This document shows, piece after piece, positions 45,777-60,005 of a DNA stretch of 64,000 nucleotides. This DNA is from Octopus sinensis (Eukaryota). Every line of letters starts with the position of its first letter. Position 1 is the stretch's first letter. The translations under genes were made by a program, and so were the position numbers. The DNA is taken from assembly GCF_006345805.1 (NCBI RefSeq), contig NW_021831832.1, positions 408 through 64,407 of the forward strand, read 5' to 3'. The notes beneath the pieces are model-generated. The model did no database searches. It was not told the origin of the DNA and saw only the letters and a list, made by a program, of their open reading frames with translations.

Positions 45777-47356
45777 CCAAACTCAAATTAGGCCAATATT
45801 GCTCCAGTTCACTCTTCCATGAACATTACAATAATGGTACCTCATGTGAATGTAACTATGACTGATTGACACAGATACTTCTAGCATGGAATCTAGGTCA
45901 TCAATGTCTTGCAGTATTCAACATTGTTTTGACAATTCCATTCTTAACCATCATCAGTTGATGTTGTTATTGAGGAAGCCACTGGTGTTTCTGACAAAGC
46001 TATTTACCACTTTGTTTTAGAATTTATTTATTTTGTTCATGAGAAATTAGTTGTGATGTGTTGTTCTACATTTTGTGTCAACTTCCATTCTTGCTGCTCC
46101 TCAGAAAGTTGTACTCATGCTAATCCAGGCTGGTCATCTGTCGCTGGAACTGGAACATGGCTGAGAAGCTCTGTGGTCAGTGACTAGACCAGTGATTTTC
46201 AACCAGGGTTCCGCCAGTACAGTCCAGGGGTCCCGCAAGGAGTTACAAAAATGCTAAAATCGACAGTAATTTTAAATTCTCCTGTGCAGATATATGTGCA
46301 TAAGACAATTATAATTATTGCACAGGGATTCCTCGCGCCAGTGGAATGTTTCCTTGGGGTTCCGCTTCAGCAAAAAGTTTAAAAAGCACTGAACTAGACC
46401 TAAAAGGTCTAAAGCCGAAAGACGAAGAATAGTGAAAATGCTAGCTTATTTAAGGAGTTAAACTGGCTCAAAGAAGGGCATCTAAAGTAGGCTTTATCCG
46501 AAGGCTGTAATTGGTTGGTTTTACGCTGGAGCAAAATAAGTAGGGAGACAAACCGCACAAAATGCCAACCAATCAGAGCAGTGGACACAACAGGGTCAAA
46601 CTAGCCAAAGATGGTTGTAATCTCAAACGAGATCATTCTTACTGTGTCTCTCAAAGAGTGAGGATATCAATATCGCTACATTCTCATGAAAACTATTCTC
46701 ATCTTCATCTCCATTGAGCTGCAGTCACTTGTCTTTTGGTTTTCTCTTTTTGTTTCATTGAGTCTCCGTCTCCTTGTTCGCTGCTTCCAAGTGACACATT
46801 TTTCATAGCTTACCGTAAATCCTCGAGTATAATCCTCATTTTTCCCCCAAAATTTAAAGGTCAAAATCCCTAGTGCATACTATATACGAGGTTAAAAATG
46901 AAAACTATTTTCTAAGCAATGTCTGAGTCTCTCTTTGCTGTCCGGCAATGTTATTCAGACGCATTTTGCGATGTAGGGTGCGAAAATACCTTAAGCTAAA
47001 CCTGAAAGCAATTAAGTCATAAAAGAATCATCCATAACTTGCAGTAAGCAACATTTATTAAACGTTATTACTGTTATTTCTTTATTTTCTGCAAACAAAA
47101 TGCACAAAAAAGCTACACGTTTGCATTATGTTATACATAAAATAATAATAAAGGACGTTACCGTATACAGTTTTACAAACCATGGATGTTATATAGACCT
47201 CCTTGACTCAAGTTAGAGAAGGGGTGCGTATTATACACAAGGTTTAGGTTTATAAGAGGTACAGCCCCCTAAAAATCCCCTGCGTATTATACTCAAGAAT
47301 TGACGCTATTCTTATCTGATCATTCACTGAATATGCTTAAAGAAACTGTAATTTCA

Positions 47357-50300
47357 TCATCATCATCATCATCATAATCGTTTAGCGTCCGCTTTCCATG
47401 CTAGCATGGGTTGGACGGGTCAACTGGGGTCTGTGAAGCTGGAAGGCTTCGTCAGGCCCAGTCAGATCTGGCAGTGTTTCTACGGCTGGATGCCCTTCCT
47501 AACGCCAACCACTCCGCGAGTGTAGTGGGTGTTTTTTACGTGCCACCTGCACAGGTACCAGACAGAGCTGGCGAACGGCCACGAACGGATGGTGCTTTTA
47601 CGTGTCACTGGCACGGGGCCAGGCGATGCTGGCAACGGACACGAATGGATGGTGCTTTTACGTGCCACCGACACGGGGCCAGACAGAGCTGGCAACCGGC
47701 CACGAACGGACGGTGCTTTTACGTGTCACCAGCACGGGGGCCAGCCGAGGCTGGCAACGGACGCGAACGGATGGTGCTTTTACGTTCCACCGACACAGTT
47801 GCCAGACAGAGCTGGCAAACGGCCACGAGCGGACGGTGCTTTTATGTTTCACCGGCACGGGGTCCAGCCGAGGCTGGCAACGGACACGAACGGATGGTGC
47901 TTTTACGTGCCACCGACACGGGGCCAGACAGAGCTGGCAAACGGCCACAAACGGATGGTGCTTTTACGTGCCACCGACACGGGGCCAGACAGAGCTAGCA
48001 AACGGCCACGAATGGACGGTGCTTTAACGTGTCACCGGCACGGGGCCAGGTGAGGCTGGTAACGAACACGAACAGATGGTGCTTTTACGTGCCACTGACA
48101 CGGGGCCAGGCAGAGCTGGCAAACGGCCACGAGCAAATGGTGCTTTTACGTATCACCGGCACGGGTGCCAGACGAGGCTGACAGCGGACACGAACGGATG
48201 GGTCACTTAACCCCTGCTTTCTGATATATGATTTGATTTTGATTGTTCTCACTGGTCTTGCCGGGTCTTCTCACGCACGGCATACTTCCATAGGTCTCGG
48301 TCTCTAGTCATTTCCATGGTGAGACCTAAAGTTCGAAGGTCGTGCTTCACCACCTCGACCCAGGTTTTCCTGGGTCTACCTCTTCCACAGGTCCCCTCAA
48401 CTGCCAGGGTGTGGCACTTTTGCACACACCTATCTTCATCCATTCTCACCACATGACCATACCAGCGCAATCGTCTCTCTTGCACACAACATCTGATTCT
48501 TCTTAGGTCCAACTTTTCTCTCAAGGTACTTACACTCTGTCGACTATGAACACTGACATTACACATCCAACGGAGCATACTAGCTTCATTTCTCGCGAGC
48601 TTACGCATGTCCTCAGCAGTCACGGCCCATGTTTCACTGCCATGTAGCATGGCTGTTCGTACACATGCATCATACAGTCTGCCTTTTACCCTGAGCGAGA
48701 GGCCTTTAGTCACCAACAGAGGTAAGAGCTCCCTAAACTTTGCCCAGGCTATTCTTACTCTAGCCGTTACACTTTCAGCACACCCACCCCCACTACTGAC
48801 TTGGTCACCTAGATAACGGAAGCTATCAACTACTTCTAGTTTTTCTCCCTGGAAAGTGACGGAAGTTGTTTTCTGCAGATTTTCAGAGGTTAATGCTCCC
48901 GAGCATCTGCCACATACAAAAACCATCTTCCTAGTTAGCCTTCCTATGACATTGCTGCACCTCTTATGTGCCCATAGCTTACACTTGGTGCATCTTATAG
49001 AGTTTCTACCTAAACTTTTTCTACAGATCGAGCAGGGCCATCTACCTGAAGGCGTTTGTGATTTGTCTACCTTCCTACTTATTAGGACTTTGGTTTTAGC
49101 TAGGTTGACTCTAAGGCCTTTCGATTCTAAACCATGCTTCCACACCTGAAACTTCTTCTCCAGTTCTGATAATGACTCAGCAATTAGAGCAAGGTCATCA
49201 GCATAGAGGAGCTCCCAGGGGCGTCCTGTCTTGAATTCCTCCGTTATTGCCTGGAGGACTATGATAAATAGGAGGGGGCTGAGGACTGAGCCTTGGTGGA
49301 CCCCTACCTCTACCCGGAATTCTTCACTGTACTCATTTCCAACCCTCACCTTACTAGCAGCATCCCTGTACATGGCTTGCACAGCTCTCACTAACCATTC
49401 TTCTATTCCTAGTTTCCTCATTGACCCCATATGAGGGATTGGGGGACCCTGTCGAAGGCTTTCTCCATGTCAACAAAAGCCAGGTACAGGGCCTTATCTT
49501 TGGCTAGGTATTTCTCCTGCAGCTGCCTTACCAGGAATATAGCATCAGTGGTACTTTTCCCTGGCACGAAACCAAACTGCATCTCATCTAAACTAACTCT
49601 CTCTCTCTCTAATTAGTTCGTTTATGACCCTCTCTGTAACCTTCATCACCTGATCCAACAGCTTGATACCTCTGTAATTATTTGTATCTAGGGCATCACC
49701 TTTACCTTTGTAGCAGTTGACTATTATGCTGCTACACCAGTCATTGGGTATGACTCCTTCATGTATCACCTGATTAACTATACAGGTGACTAGGCTATAG
49801 CCGACACTACCAGATATTTTGAGCATCTCTGCAGTGATACCTGATGGGCCTGGGGCTTTCCCTGTCTTCATGCTTCTAATTGCCTTAGCTACTAAGGAAC
49901 TATCAACCCTGATAGCTGGTCCCTCTGTTGGGTCAACGTTCGGCAGACTCTCTTTATCCCATTCATTTTCTTTATTCAGCAACCTTTCATAGTGGCGTCT
50001 CCAAGCCTCTCTCTTTGCATCCTCGTTTAGCGCAAGTGAACCATCTTCCATGCGAACACACTTCTCTCCCACCACATCACAATTCTCTCTCACACACTGT
50101 CTTGCAACGCGAAACACCTCCAGTCTTTGGTCCTCACGCGCGCAGAACATTGGCAATTTTTTCTTATCTGCCCCTCTGGCTAGATAGACCTGTCTCCTAG
50201 CTTCCCTTTTAGCAGTCTGATACAATTCCTTGCTACCACCATTCTTCCAGTGCTTCCAAGTCTGTCTCTTTTCTCTAATAGCCCTGTCTACGACACTGTT

Positions 50301-50780
50301 CCACCACCACGTTACTTGGGACGAGAGGGGACTTTGCACCAGCCACAGATCTGGTCAGTGGCTCTCAGCAGGTTGTCCCTTAGAAACGTCCAGTTGTCTT
50401 CTACCCCATGTGATACACTATCTCCTTCTACTTCGTCAAAGGCTTCAAGTAACATGTCTCTAAATCTCTGTCCATTCACAGGATCCTTAAGCTTCCAGAT
50501 CCTTCTTCACCATGTTGGTCGTCCTCCTACTCCTGATCCTAAAGTCACTAACTACCAGTCTATGTTGTGGGGTGCATTCTTCGCCTGGGAAGGTTTTGGC
50601 ATTTATAAGTAGCCATCTCTCCCTTTGCCTGGCAAGGATGTAGTCAATTTGGCTGGTATGTTGGCCCGATCGGTAGGTGACTAGGTGGCTGGTAGGTTTC
50701 CTGAAGTTAGTGTTGCAAATCATAAGATTATTTGCATCGCAGAACTCCAGCAGCCTGGTTCCCTCCTCGTTGCGGGAACC
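47357..50780 (-). mobile_element. 5'-truncated RTE-clade LINE (partial AP endonuclease, RT, 3' UTR VNTR, (GAT)n tail); frameshifted
   Basis: ORF pieces 50487-50723 (TSQIDYIL, EN), 49593-50339 (GKAPGPSG, NYRGIKL) and 48249-49430 (HQGSVLSPLLF, YADD at 49194-49205). Frameshifts include an (AG)n slip near 49600 and a 1-nt loss near 49430. Absent from the left arm. Confidence 0.95.
47530..48200 (-). repeat. 60-62-bp minisatellite (about 11 units, alternating two types) in the RTE 3' UTR
   Basis: The gga(t/c)ggtgctttta anchor recurs at 47587, 47647, 47708, 47769, 47831, 47892, 47953, 48014 and onward. Confidence 0.9.
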
Positions 50781-53700
50781 AAACCTAAGTTAACCCCTTG
50801 TTTTGCATGTCCTGGTCACATGTAACATTAGTACCATTTCTTAAAATACTATTTCATGGACAGTTGTTGGCGGTGGCGTTTAATCGTGTGTCTGGTAAGT
50901 TATTTGGTTTCTTCTTGACCACTTCTTCCCCTCTCATCATCATCCTCGTTTAACGTCCGCTTTCAATGCTAGCATGGGTTGGACGGTTCAACTAGGGTCT
51001 GGGAAGCCCAAAGGCTGCACCAGGCCAGTCAGATCTGGCAGTGTTTCTACAGCTGGATGCCCCTCCTAACGCCAACCACTCCAAGAGTGTAGTGGGTCAT
51101 TTTATGTGCCACCGACAAAGGTGCCAGACGAGGCTGGCGAACAGCCACGCTCGGATGGTGTTTTTTACGTGCCACCGGCACAGAGGCCAGGCAACGCTGG
51201 CACGGCCACGATCGGATGGTGTTCGTTACGTGCCACCAGCACGGAGGCCAGTCAATGCGGTGCTGGCTACGGCCTATGTCCGTATTTATACCCCTGATGA
51301 CTAAGGAGGCCGATTCTTGCATGGGAACATCTGTTGCAAAGTTCACAGGGATCCGTAATGGAGGCTTTGGTTGTTGCAGTCTCTATTTTCTTCCTTATCA
51401 TTTCTCTCCCTCTTTCCTCTTTCGTTCAGCTTCAAAATGATCTGTCACAATGAAGATGGAATGATCCCAGCTGGGCCTGTCCTGATCTTCAGTGGCCCAG
51501 GCTTTCATAAATAGTAAATCAGTCTTTAAATAAACTAGCAGTATCGCCCGACGTTGCTCGGGTTTGTTTCGACCCTTTAGAATTGGAATTTTTGAAAAGT
51601 AAAAATTTTGCATTACGTGGCTTGTTATTCTCTTTAAGTGAACATTTTTCTGGTTGAAATACACCGAAAAATGGCGACACAGCAGTCAAAAAATTGTAAA
51701 AATAGGGATTTTCAGAGAAAAAAAGCACCTTTTTGATGTAAATAATTTTTGGTGTTAACATGGTCTGATTGGAATTTTCTCTTCTACAGAAGGAAGAGCA
51801 AGCCTTCTTCTATCATACTCTCAATTTTGGTCAACTTGCGCCGCAGGGTCTTGGAGGAGATAGTGTTAGTTGAAGGCTACCAAACCTGCCATACACAGAC
51901 AACTTCAGCTTTATATACAGAGAGAGATAATTTTTTTCTCCAGGCATGGTTGTGTGGTGCTCAGTTTCTGTCTTAAAAAAAAAAAAAAAATCTCCCACAA
52001 AGCATTGATGGCGCACCAGGGCTTTAATACAAGACACTTGGCCAAAGTGACACAGTGGGACTGAACCTAAAGCCATATAGTTGCAATGCAAGCGTTTGAA
52101 CCACACAGCCATTTTCCTCCTTTTTTTTTAGTTATTTGTTATTTGGTCAAAATATCTAAACTTGGGGTAGAGGCACATCGATGAGGTTGTGAATAGCAAT
52201 GAAAGGACTTTAAGAAACCTAGCTGATTAATTGATTGACTGAGCAATTAATCAGCCAGTTAATTAGCTAAATGATTAACTAATCAATTAATAATAGAAGT
52301 GAAATATAACCAGTGTGTGTGTTTTACTAGTATTGGCTTAATGACCCTCCCAAGATACAACAAAATCTGTTCCAACAAGATTTTGCATCAATAATCTTGC
52401 AAACCAAATACAAAAACTAAATATCCAAATTTGAAGAACAGTGCCAAAACACGATCCAGTGAAAGGCAGAATGCAAGAATGTAGCGACGTTTCCAAAGAC
52501 AGATTAATGTGAAACATTAAGTAATTCACTGCACCTGACTAAACTTGTTCTTCTTCAGTGTAATTTATTTGAAATTGGTGCCAGATTTATTGAAAATGTG
52601 TGAATGACAAGAGACAAAAGTTAGGATACAAAAATAATTTATTGGATTTGCAAATACAATTATTATTATTGTAGATATTTAAGAAAGTCTAGAATGCTAA
52701 GAGATTGAAGGCAGTATATTAAAATATGTAGGCTATCAAATATTGTTAAATTAAACTTGCAGTTATTTAAGAAAGAAAAGAATATTAGGCTTATACATAA
52801 ATTTGTCATGAAATCATTAAAAATAATTCAAAGAACCCAAGAAGTTTTAGAGACCAATTTTAATAACAAATATTAAAAGCTTAAAGATTTGGATAAGAAG
52901 CTATTATCTCCAAACTTTTAACAAAACACCAAGAATCTTGAAAAATTGCCCAATGGTTTTACTTAGAATAGTAAAAATTGTGCCATAAAAAACACAAAAA
53001 CTGTCAGGATTAACATTCAGATATCCTGTCAAAATTTTAAAAATCAATTAAAATTAATACAAGCTTGTTCCCAGTTCAAATCTCTTTTAAGCTGTAAAGC
53101 TATTTATGTATTTTGCCATGGTGAAAATTTTTCGCTGTAGGTAAAAAGGTGTAACTACATCAAGTCAGCTCAGAGCATCACTTTTGCCAGATTGTTGGAT
53201 GCAGACATTTTGGAGTGGTTACTTCCTCCTGTCAGTACCCAGCAACTGCATTTCTAGTCTCTGTTGCTGTAGAGGAGATAACCACTCTGAAATGCATCCA
53301 TCCCAAAGTCTGGTCAGGTCATGCTGCAAACTGGGTCACAGTACTTACACCTATTTGTGTACAGGAGAAAAATTTTCTCTATGACAAAATACAGTGAATG
53401 GCCTTTTTTCTTTTTTTACAGGTTTGAGTATGCCTCAAACAGATTTGAACTGGTAACAAGTTTATATTATGTGAGGTGCATAGATCATCGTCGTCATCAT
53501 CATCATCGTTTAACATCCGCTTTCCATGCTGGCATGGGTTGGACGATTTGACTGAGGACTGACGAACCAGATGGCTACACCAGGCTCCAATCTGATCTGG
53601 CAGAGTTTCTTCAGCTGGATGACCTTCCAAATGCCAACCACTTTACAGTGTGGACCAAAACACAAGAGGGACCTGTCCCACCATGTCAGTTCCCAGCATC

Positions 53701-55422
53701 TGTCTTTCTAGTCTCTTGTTGCTGTAGAGGAGATAACCACTCTGAAATGCATCCATCCCAAAGTCTGGTCAGGTCATGCAAACTGACTCACTGTACTTAC
53801 ACCTGGAAGCCATCTGCTCATGATACCAGAAGGTGCACACTCTCCTACCCTGATGTAATACAGGCATCCAGCAACAGGACCTCCGTAATGCTATGATGGA
53901 CCGTGATAGTAATGCTATCATAAAATGCTATGATAGTAAATTCCATTGTCTCGACCACGGTCGAACAATAAAAAAGAACAAAAACCAGTTAACAACTTTG
54001 GTTCATCTTGTGTAGCTGGCATAACGTTACCTTAAAGCATATCTGCAACAATGTATATATTTTCCGCTTCTAAAAGATGTCAAATGTTGAAAAGTCTTGA
54101 AGTTGAAATGACAAATTCTAACCTGTTTAAAATACTTCCTTTACCTGGTTTTTTGAGGGTGGTGGTGGAAATCCGCTAATTTGATAAAATCTTAAAGATC
54201 CTTTTTATAAATGATGTCCCAATTACCTTTCAACTATGAAAAAATATAGTTCTAGCTACAGATTCTGTTAAGCATTTCAATGGCCATTTTTTACATTTGA
54301 CGGATATTTGTCCTCATCTTGTTTTTGTTAACACAATGTTTCAGCTGATATACCCTCCAGCCTTCATCAGGTGTCTTGGGGAAATTTTGGACCTGAGTTC
54401 TCATTCCCTAAGGTATTTTTCGATGTTATTATTATTATTCAGGTCACTGCTTGGAATCGAACTTGGAATCTTGAGGTTAGTAGCCCACGCTCTTAACCAC
54501 TATGCCATATGCCCATATAACAATAATGATAATAACATCGAAAAATACCTTAGGAATGAGACCCCAGGTTTGAAATTTCCCCAAGACACCTGATGAAGGC
54601 TGAAAGGTATATCAACTGTAATGTTGTGTTAACAACAAACAAGATGAGGACAAATATCCGTCAACTGTAAATAATTCATCTCTTAAATATAGAACTGTAT
54701 TTCAATGGCCATCAGGTATTCTACTAACACCACAGATTCTGTGGAATCATCATCATCGTTTAACGTTCGCTATCCATGCTAGCATGGGTTGGACAATTTG
54801 ACTGAGGTCTGGCGAACCAGATGGCTGCACCAGGCTCCAATCTTGATTTGGCAGAGTTTCTAGAATGTAAATTCTAAATAACATAGGTGAGAAAAAAAAA
54901 AATTATCTCTGTCTAAACCTGGTAAAACTTTTATACCATAAAAAAAATTCAAAGAAGCAGAAGGATATTTTAGTTATTATTTTAGATGTCTCTACTTTGA
55001 ATATCAGAAATCTAATAGTCATGTGATCAGGGCATATTTTCAAAATTGGAAAAAAGAAAAATAGCCAAGTCAAAAATTTTAATAGCAAGAGTAAAAAGTA
55101 AAATATTAATGTAAACCAGATTCTTAAGCTCTCTTTTTTTTTTGTGGGTCAAATGGGCCTTTTACGATAAGTTGTATTCCCAGCAGCCTTTAAAATGAAT
55201 TTTAGCAAAAGACCCAAAGCAGGAATGTGATGAAGACGAAACACCAAAATCCTTGGGTTTACAACAAACTGTGCTTAGGTAAGCAATGAAAGAGAGATAA
55301 ATATAGCAACGATAGCTTGAGCAAGTTTATTAAAGTATCAAGAGTGAAAAGAATAATGTGTAACATTGAAAGACTGATGACGTTAATTAAACTCAAACTG
55401 CACATGGTCCTAATTATGTTTA

Positions 55423-55457
<35 letters not shown>

Positions 55458-55630
55458 TCAAGTGAAATTAGTCTTTTTGAAGTACAGAGACAGATATTAA
55501 GAAATTTATAGGTTCGACAAAAATATGCATCAAATATGATGAAACAAAAAATGTGAGTAATTAGAATACAAGTGTTTATATGAAAGAAAAATAATTAACT
55601 TTCAAGTGTTCAGTCATTTTGAGAAGCTAT

Positions 55631-55693
55631 CTATGAAGGCGTTTCCCCTCTTTTGGAATTACAAAGGCAGCAGGCGAAGACGATGAGAAACAA
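55631..55693 (-). CDS. Tetraspanin B, last exon (identical to A)
   Basis: Exact reverse complement of 34460-34522. Exons 1-4 of B are predicted to lie beyond the window end. Confidence 0.88.
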   Translation of the reverse strand: MFLIVFACCLCNSKRGETPS

Positions 55694-57022
55694 CTGAAAT
55701 AGAAATGGAAATAAACAGGTGAACATACAGGCATCTCGTTAGACAAGCATCAACGTAAAAATAACAGGTGAATATACACAAGTCTCAGGATTAAATTCAC
55801 AGAGTTGAATATATATAGTTATCAAGGTTAATAAGAGATGACTAGCACTATGACCCGGCAACGCCGGGTCATAGTTCTAGTGCATGCATATACAGCTGCG
55901 TGCGTGCGCACATACACGCGAGTACTGTCCAAATCTCCGACCAATCACATACAGCTAGCTGGCATTCAATTGGCGTATCAAGTTTCGGGCATTTTGATTG
56001 GGTTTTGGATAGAAAATTCACAAAAAAGTCACTTCTGTTGAATTTTTTAATGGCTTTGTAGGGTGACTGGGGAAATGTAAAGATGTGCACGACCACCCTT
56101 GGACGGTTTTGAATGACCATTGAAAGTGCGAGCCCTCTAACTGAAAAATTGTGGTTTTGTATAAAGGACACACACACACACAGACATTTTGCCGTTTATA
56201 TATAGAGAGATATCAATACATAGGCATCAACACATGCTCGTGTATTATTTATTTTTAAAAAATGGGGGGGGGGTGAGGAAACTGCACGTATGTTACATAA
56301 CTTAGAAGCAGCGGTGCGGATGTGCCAGCACACACAAGCTTGAGACATGGCTGCCCTCATGCACTTCTCACGAGGAATTCCGGAAGGAGCTTCGTGAGAC
56401 AAGTGCAGAAACACTCCGGGGGGAGGGGGGGGAACAGAAAACTGTTCAAAAATCAATTATAGCCGTGACTTGATCAATCCCTATGGACATCTGAAAAAGG
56501 GATTTTTATATTCCGAAATATTACATCAGACTATGGATGGTTAAATTACAACGGTTATTCTAGTGCATTGTTGTGCCATTCAAGACACATCATTTTTTAC
56601 AAACAATACACAATGCTTCAAGCAAACTACAAGACTCTCCTAGAGGCATCAAAGTAAATCCACAGAGCTTACAGCATCCAAAGATGCTAGGAGATAACAT
56701 TTTCAGAGCTTGTACTAAAGTGGTGCCCAGCCCAAACATCAGTAAAGTCCGAACAAGCTACCAAACCATATCATGAGTATAGTAGAAGACACTTGCCCAA
56801 GGTGCCATGCAGTGGAACTGAACCCAAAGCCATGTGGTTGGTAAGCAAGCTACTTACCACACAGCCACTCCTGCGCCTGTACGGCACATGGCGCCACGCA
56901 AGTGTTTTCACTTGGCACCGACACAGGACTCTTAAAGATCAATCCTTTTCACCTGGGGGAGCAGCCTTAACAATTCTGCTGTGGTGGAAGGGTCTTCTTG
57001 AATACTTTACAGCAATGCTTAC

Positions 57023-57055
<33 letters not shown>

Positions 57056-57805
57056 GTGTGTGTGTGTGTGTGTGGTGTGTGTGTGTGTGTGTATGTAACA
57101 AATGAGAGAAAAAGAAAATAGAATTCTCAAGATCCTTTATTAACAATTGCTTCAACACACCTTGCATTGGTCTCTCGCAGGTATATCATCATCATCATCC
57201 AGTGTTTTAAATCTGGGTTTTGTCTCTGTTAATGGGGGTGGTCGGATCTACTTCAATGCCATAGCAACCACCCTCACACCATCTCACCCTGTTTTGGGTG
57301 TCCTCCCTTTTCAAGCCAACCCTCCCTTATCTCCTCCTCCACCTGTCCCCTCCACGTTTTCATCAGTTTACCTCGCTTTCGCTGTCCATTTACCTCCAAT
57401 TCAAGCACCCTCCTCATCCCCCCCCTCAACATATGCCCCCATACCACTGCACTCCATTCGCCCTTGCCAGCCATTCCACTCATTCCTCCAACCCCAGCAT
57501 CCCCCATCAAATCCTCAGTCCTCCTCTCATCAAACAGCTTCACACCACACATTTCTCTCACCATTGCTCTCTCGGTCCTCCTAAAAATTTCCATCTCTCT
57601 CTCCCTCAAACACCCAACTCTAAAATAGTTATTTATATACAAGTAGGGTGTGATGGGTAAATTGTCACCATTTTATATTTTCAATTCACACATTTAAAAA
57701 AAAAATTTTGTCAACTACACAGCATAGTAGGGTTAGTTGGGCACCGTCTGTAAGAAAAAGCGCTTGGTAACAAAAGGGTTAAGAAATTCAAAAGTGAGAA
57801 CATAC

Positions 57806-57898
57806 CTGCACCAGAATAATAGCGATGGCAATGCCAATGGCTGCAGGGAGATTTTTTTCGATAGTTTCTTTAACTTTTGTATAACAGCCTGGCCAATC
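57806..57898 (-). CDS. Tetraspanin B, exon 6 (DWPGCYTKVKETIEKNLPAAIGIAIAIILVQ)
   Basis: Reverse-complement copy of 31581-31673 with intact splice sites; 5 nt differences, 4 of them non-synonymous. Confidence 0.9.
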
Positions 57899-58999
57899 CT
57901 GAAGATATAAATTTATTATTATTATTATTATTAGAGACAGAAGCAACAACATCAATCTGCTTGTAATGATGTTCTCAGCTGCTTTTCTTGGAATATTTAC
58001 TAATCTATTTACACAGCTAAAACAACATTTAATAATCAACTTATGATAGAAATTCAAAAATTGTTTTCTTTTTGTTCTAATATTGGTTTCAGATTTTGGA
58101 ACCAAAATTGGAATTCAACAGTTAAAAGAATTATAGTTGAATATTGCTTTCTACTATAGGCACACAGCATGAAACTTTGGGGGGAGGGAGCCAGTTGATT
58201 ACATCGACCTCAGTGCGTAACTGGTACGTATTTCATCGACCCTGAAAGGATGAAAGGCAAATTCGACCTTGGCGGAATTTGAACTCAGAACATAACCGCA
58301 GACAAAGTATTTCACCCGGTATGCTAACATTTCTTATTTCTTTACTACCCACAAGGGGCTAAACACAGAGAGGACAAACAAGGACAGACAAACGGATTAA
58401 GTCCATTACATCGACCCCAGTGCATAACTGGTACTTATTTAATCGATCCCGAAATGGATGAAAGGCAAAGTCGACCTCGGTAGAATTTGAACTCAGAACG
58501 TAGCGGCAGAAGAAATACTGCTTGGCATTTCGCCCGGCATGCTAACGTTTCTGCCAGCTCGCTGCCTTGTTATAATTAAATTTTACAATGCATTTAATCT
58601 AATGCTCTGATGAGTGTTAGGTTAAATTTCAAGGAAGGGGTAAAATGATTTTACCAAGTCAAGTGCGCAACTGTTGTTTATTTTATTAACATCAAAAAGA
58701 TGCAAGATAAAAAAAAAATCAACCTCAGCAGAATTTGAACTCAGAACATAAAGACAGACGAAACGCCATTTAGCATTTGCCCAGCATTTTAACAATTCTG
58801 CCAGCTCACAGAAATGGTTTGAATGATTAACAAGCTTACTGTTTCCCAACAATGTGTTTCTAGGTTCAATCTCATGGCACAGAACCTGGGGCAAGTGTTT
58901 TTTGAACAGCCTGAAGCTTCACCTGCAATTTGATTCGGGGGTTTCAATAGGAAGGGGAAAACAGTGCAGACATCAGTCACGTGTGTGTATTTCACCAGT

Positions 59000-60005
59000 C
59001 ATCATCATCATCGTTTAACGTCCGTTTTCCGTGCTAGCATGGGTTGGATGGTTCAACTGGGGTCTGGGAAGCCAGAAGGCTGCACCAGGCTCCAGTCTGA
59101 TCTGGCAGTGTTTCTACAGCTGGATGCCCTTCCTAACGCCAACCACTCCATGAGTGTAGTGATTGCTTTTTACGTGCCAGGGGAGGCTGGCAACATCCAC
59201 GATCGGTTGGTGGTTTTTACGTGCCACTAGTACAGGTGCCAGGGGAGGCTGGCAACGGCCAAGATCGGTTGGTGCTTTTTACATGCCACCGGCACAAGTG
59301 CCAGGGGAGGCTGGCAACGGCCACGATCGGTTGGTAGTTTTTACGTGCCACCAATACAGGTGCCAGGGTAGGCTGGCAATGGCCACGATCGGTTGGTGCT
59401 TTTTACGTGCCACCAGTACAGGTGCCAGGGTAGGCTGGCAATGGCCACGATCGGTTGGTGCTTTTTACGTGCCACCAGTACAGGTGCCAGGGTAGGCTGG
59501 CAATGGCCACGATCGGTTGGTGCTTTTTACGTGCCACCAGTACAGGTGCCAGGGTAGGCTGGCAATGGCCACGATCGGTTGGTGCTTTTTACGTGCCACC
59601 AATACAGGTGCCAGGGTAGGCTGGCAATGGCCACGATCGGTTGGTGCTTTTTACGTGCCACTAGTACAGGTGCCAGGGTAGGCTGGCAATGGCCACGATC
59701 GGTTGGTGCTTTTTACGTGCCACCAGTACAGGTGCCAGGGTAGGCTGGCAATGGCCACGATCGGTTGGTGCTTTTTACGTGCCACCAGTACAAGTGCCAG
59801 GGTAGGCTGGCAATGGCCACGATCGGTTGGTGCTTTTTACGTGCCACCAGTACAGGTGCCAGGGTAGGCTGGCAATGGCCACGTTCAGTTGGTGCTTTTT
59901 ACATGCCACTGGCACAGGTGCCAGGGGAGGCTGGCAATGGCCATGATCGGTTGTTGGCTTTTACGTGCGACCGACACGGAAGCCAGTCAAGGCGGCACTG
60001 GCAGT
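59000..60005 (-). mobile_element. Orthologous RTE tail with 62-bp VNTR (right arm: 12 full + 1 short unit)
   Basis: Period 62 measured (ggtgc at 59581 and 59643); units are near-identical. Confidence 0.9.

Noticed and set aside
34460-55693. Sense-antisense pairing between the mRNAs of tetraspanin A and B
   Set aside because: The two mRNAs have the same sequence sense and do not overlap. Duplex RNA would need read-through across the centre, for which there is no evidence here.
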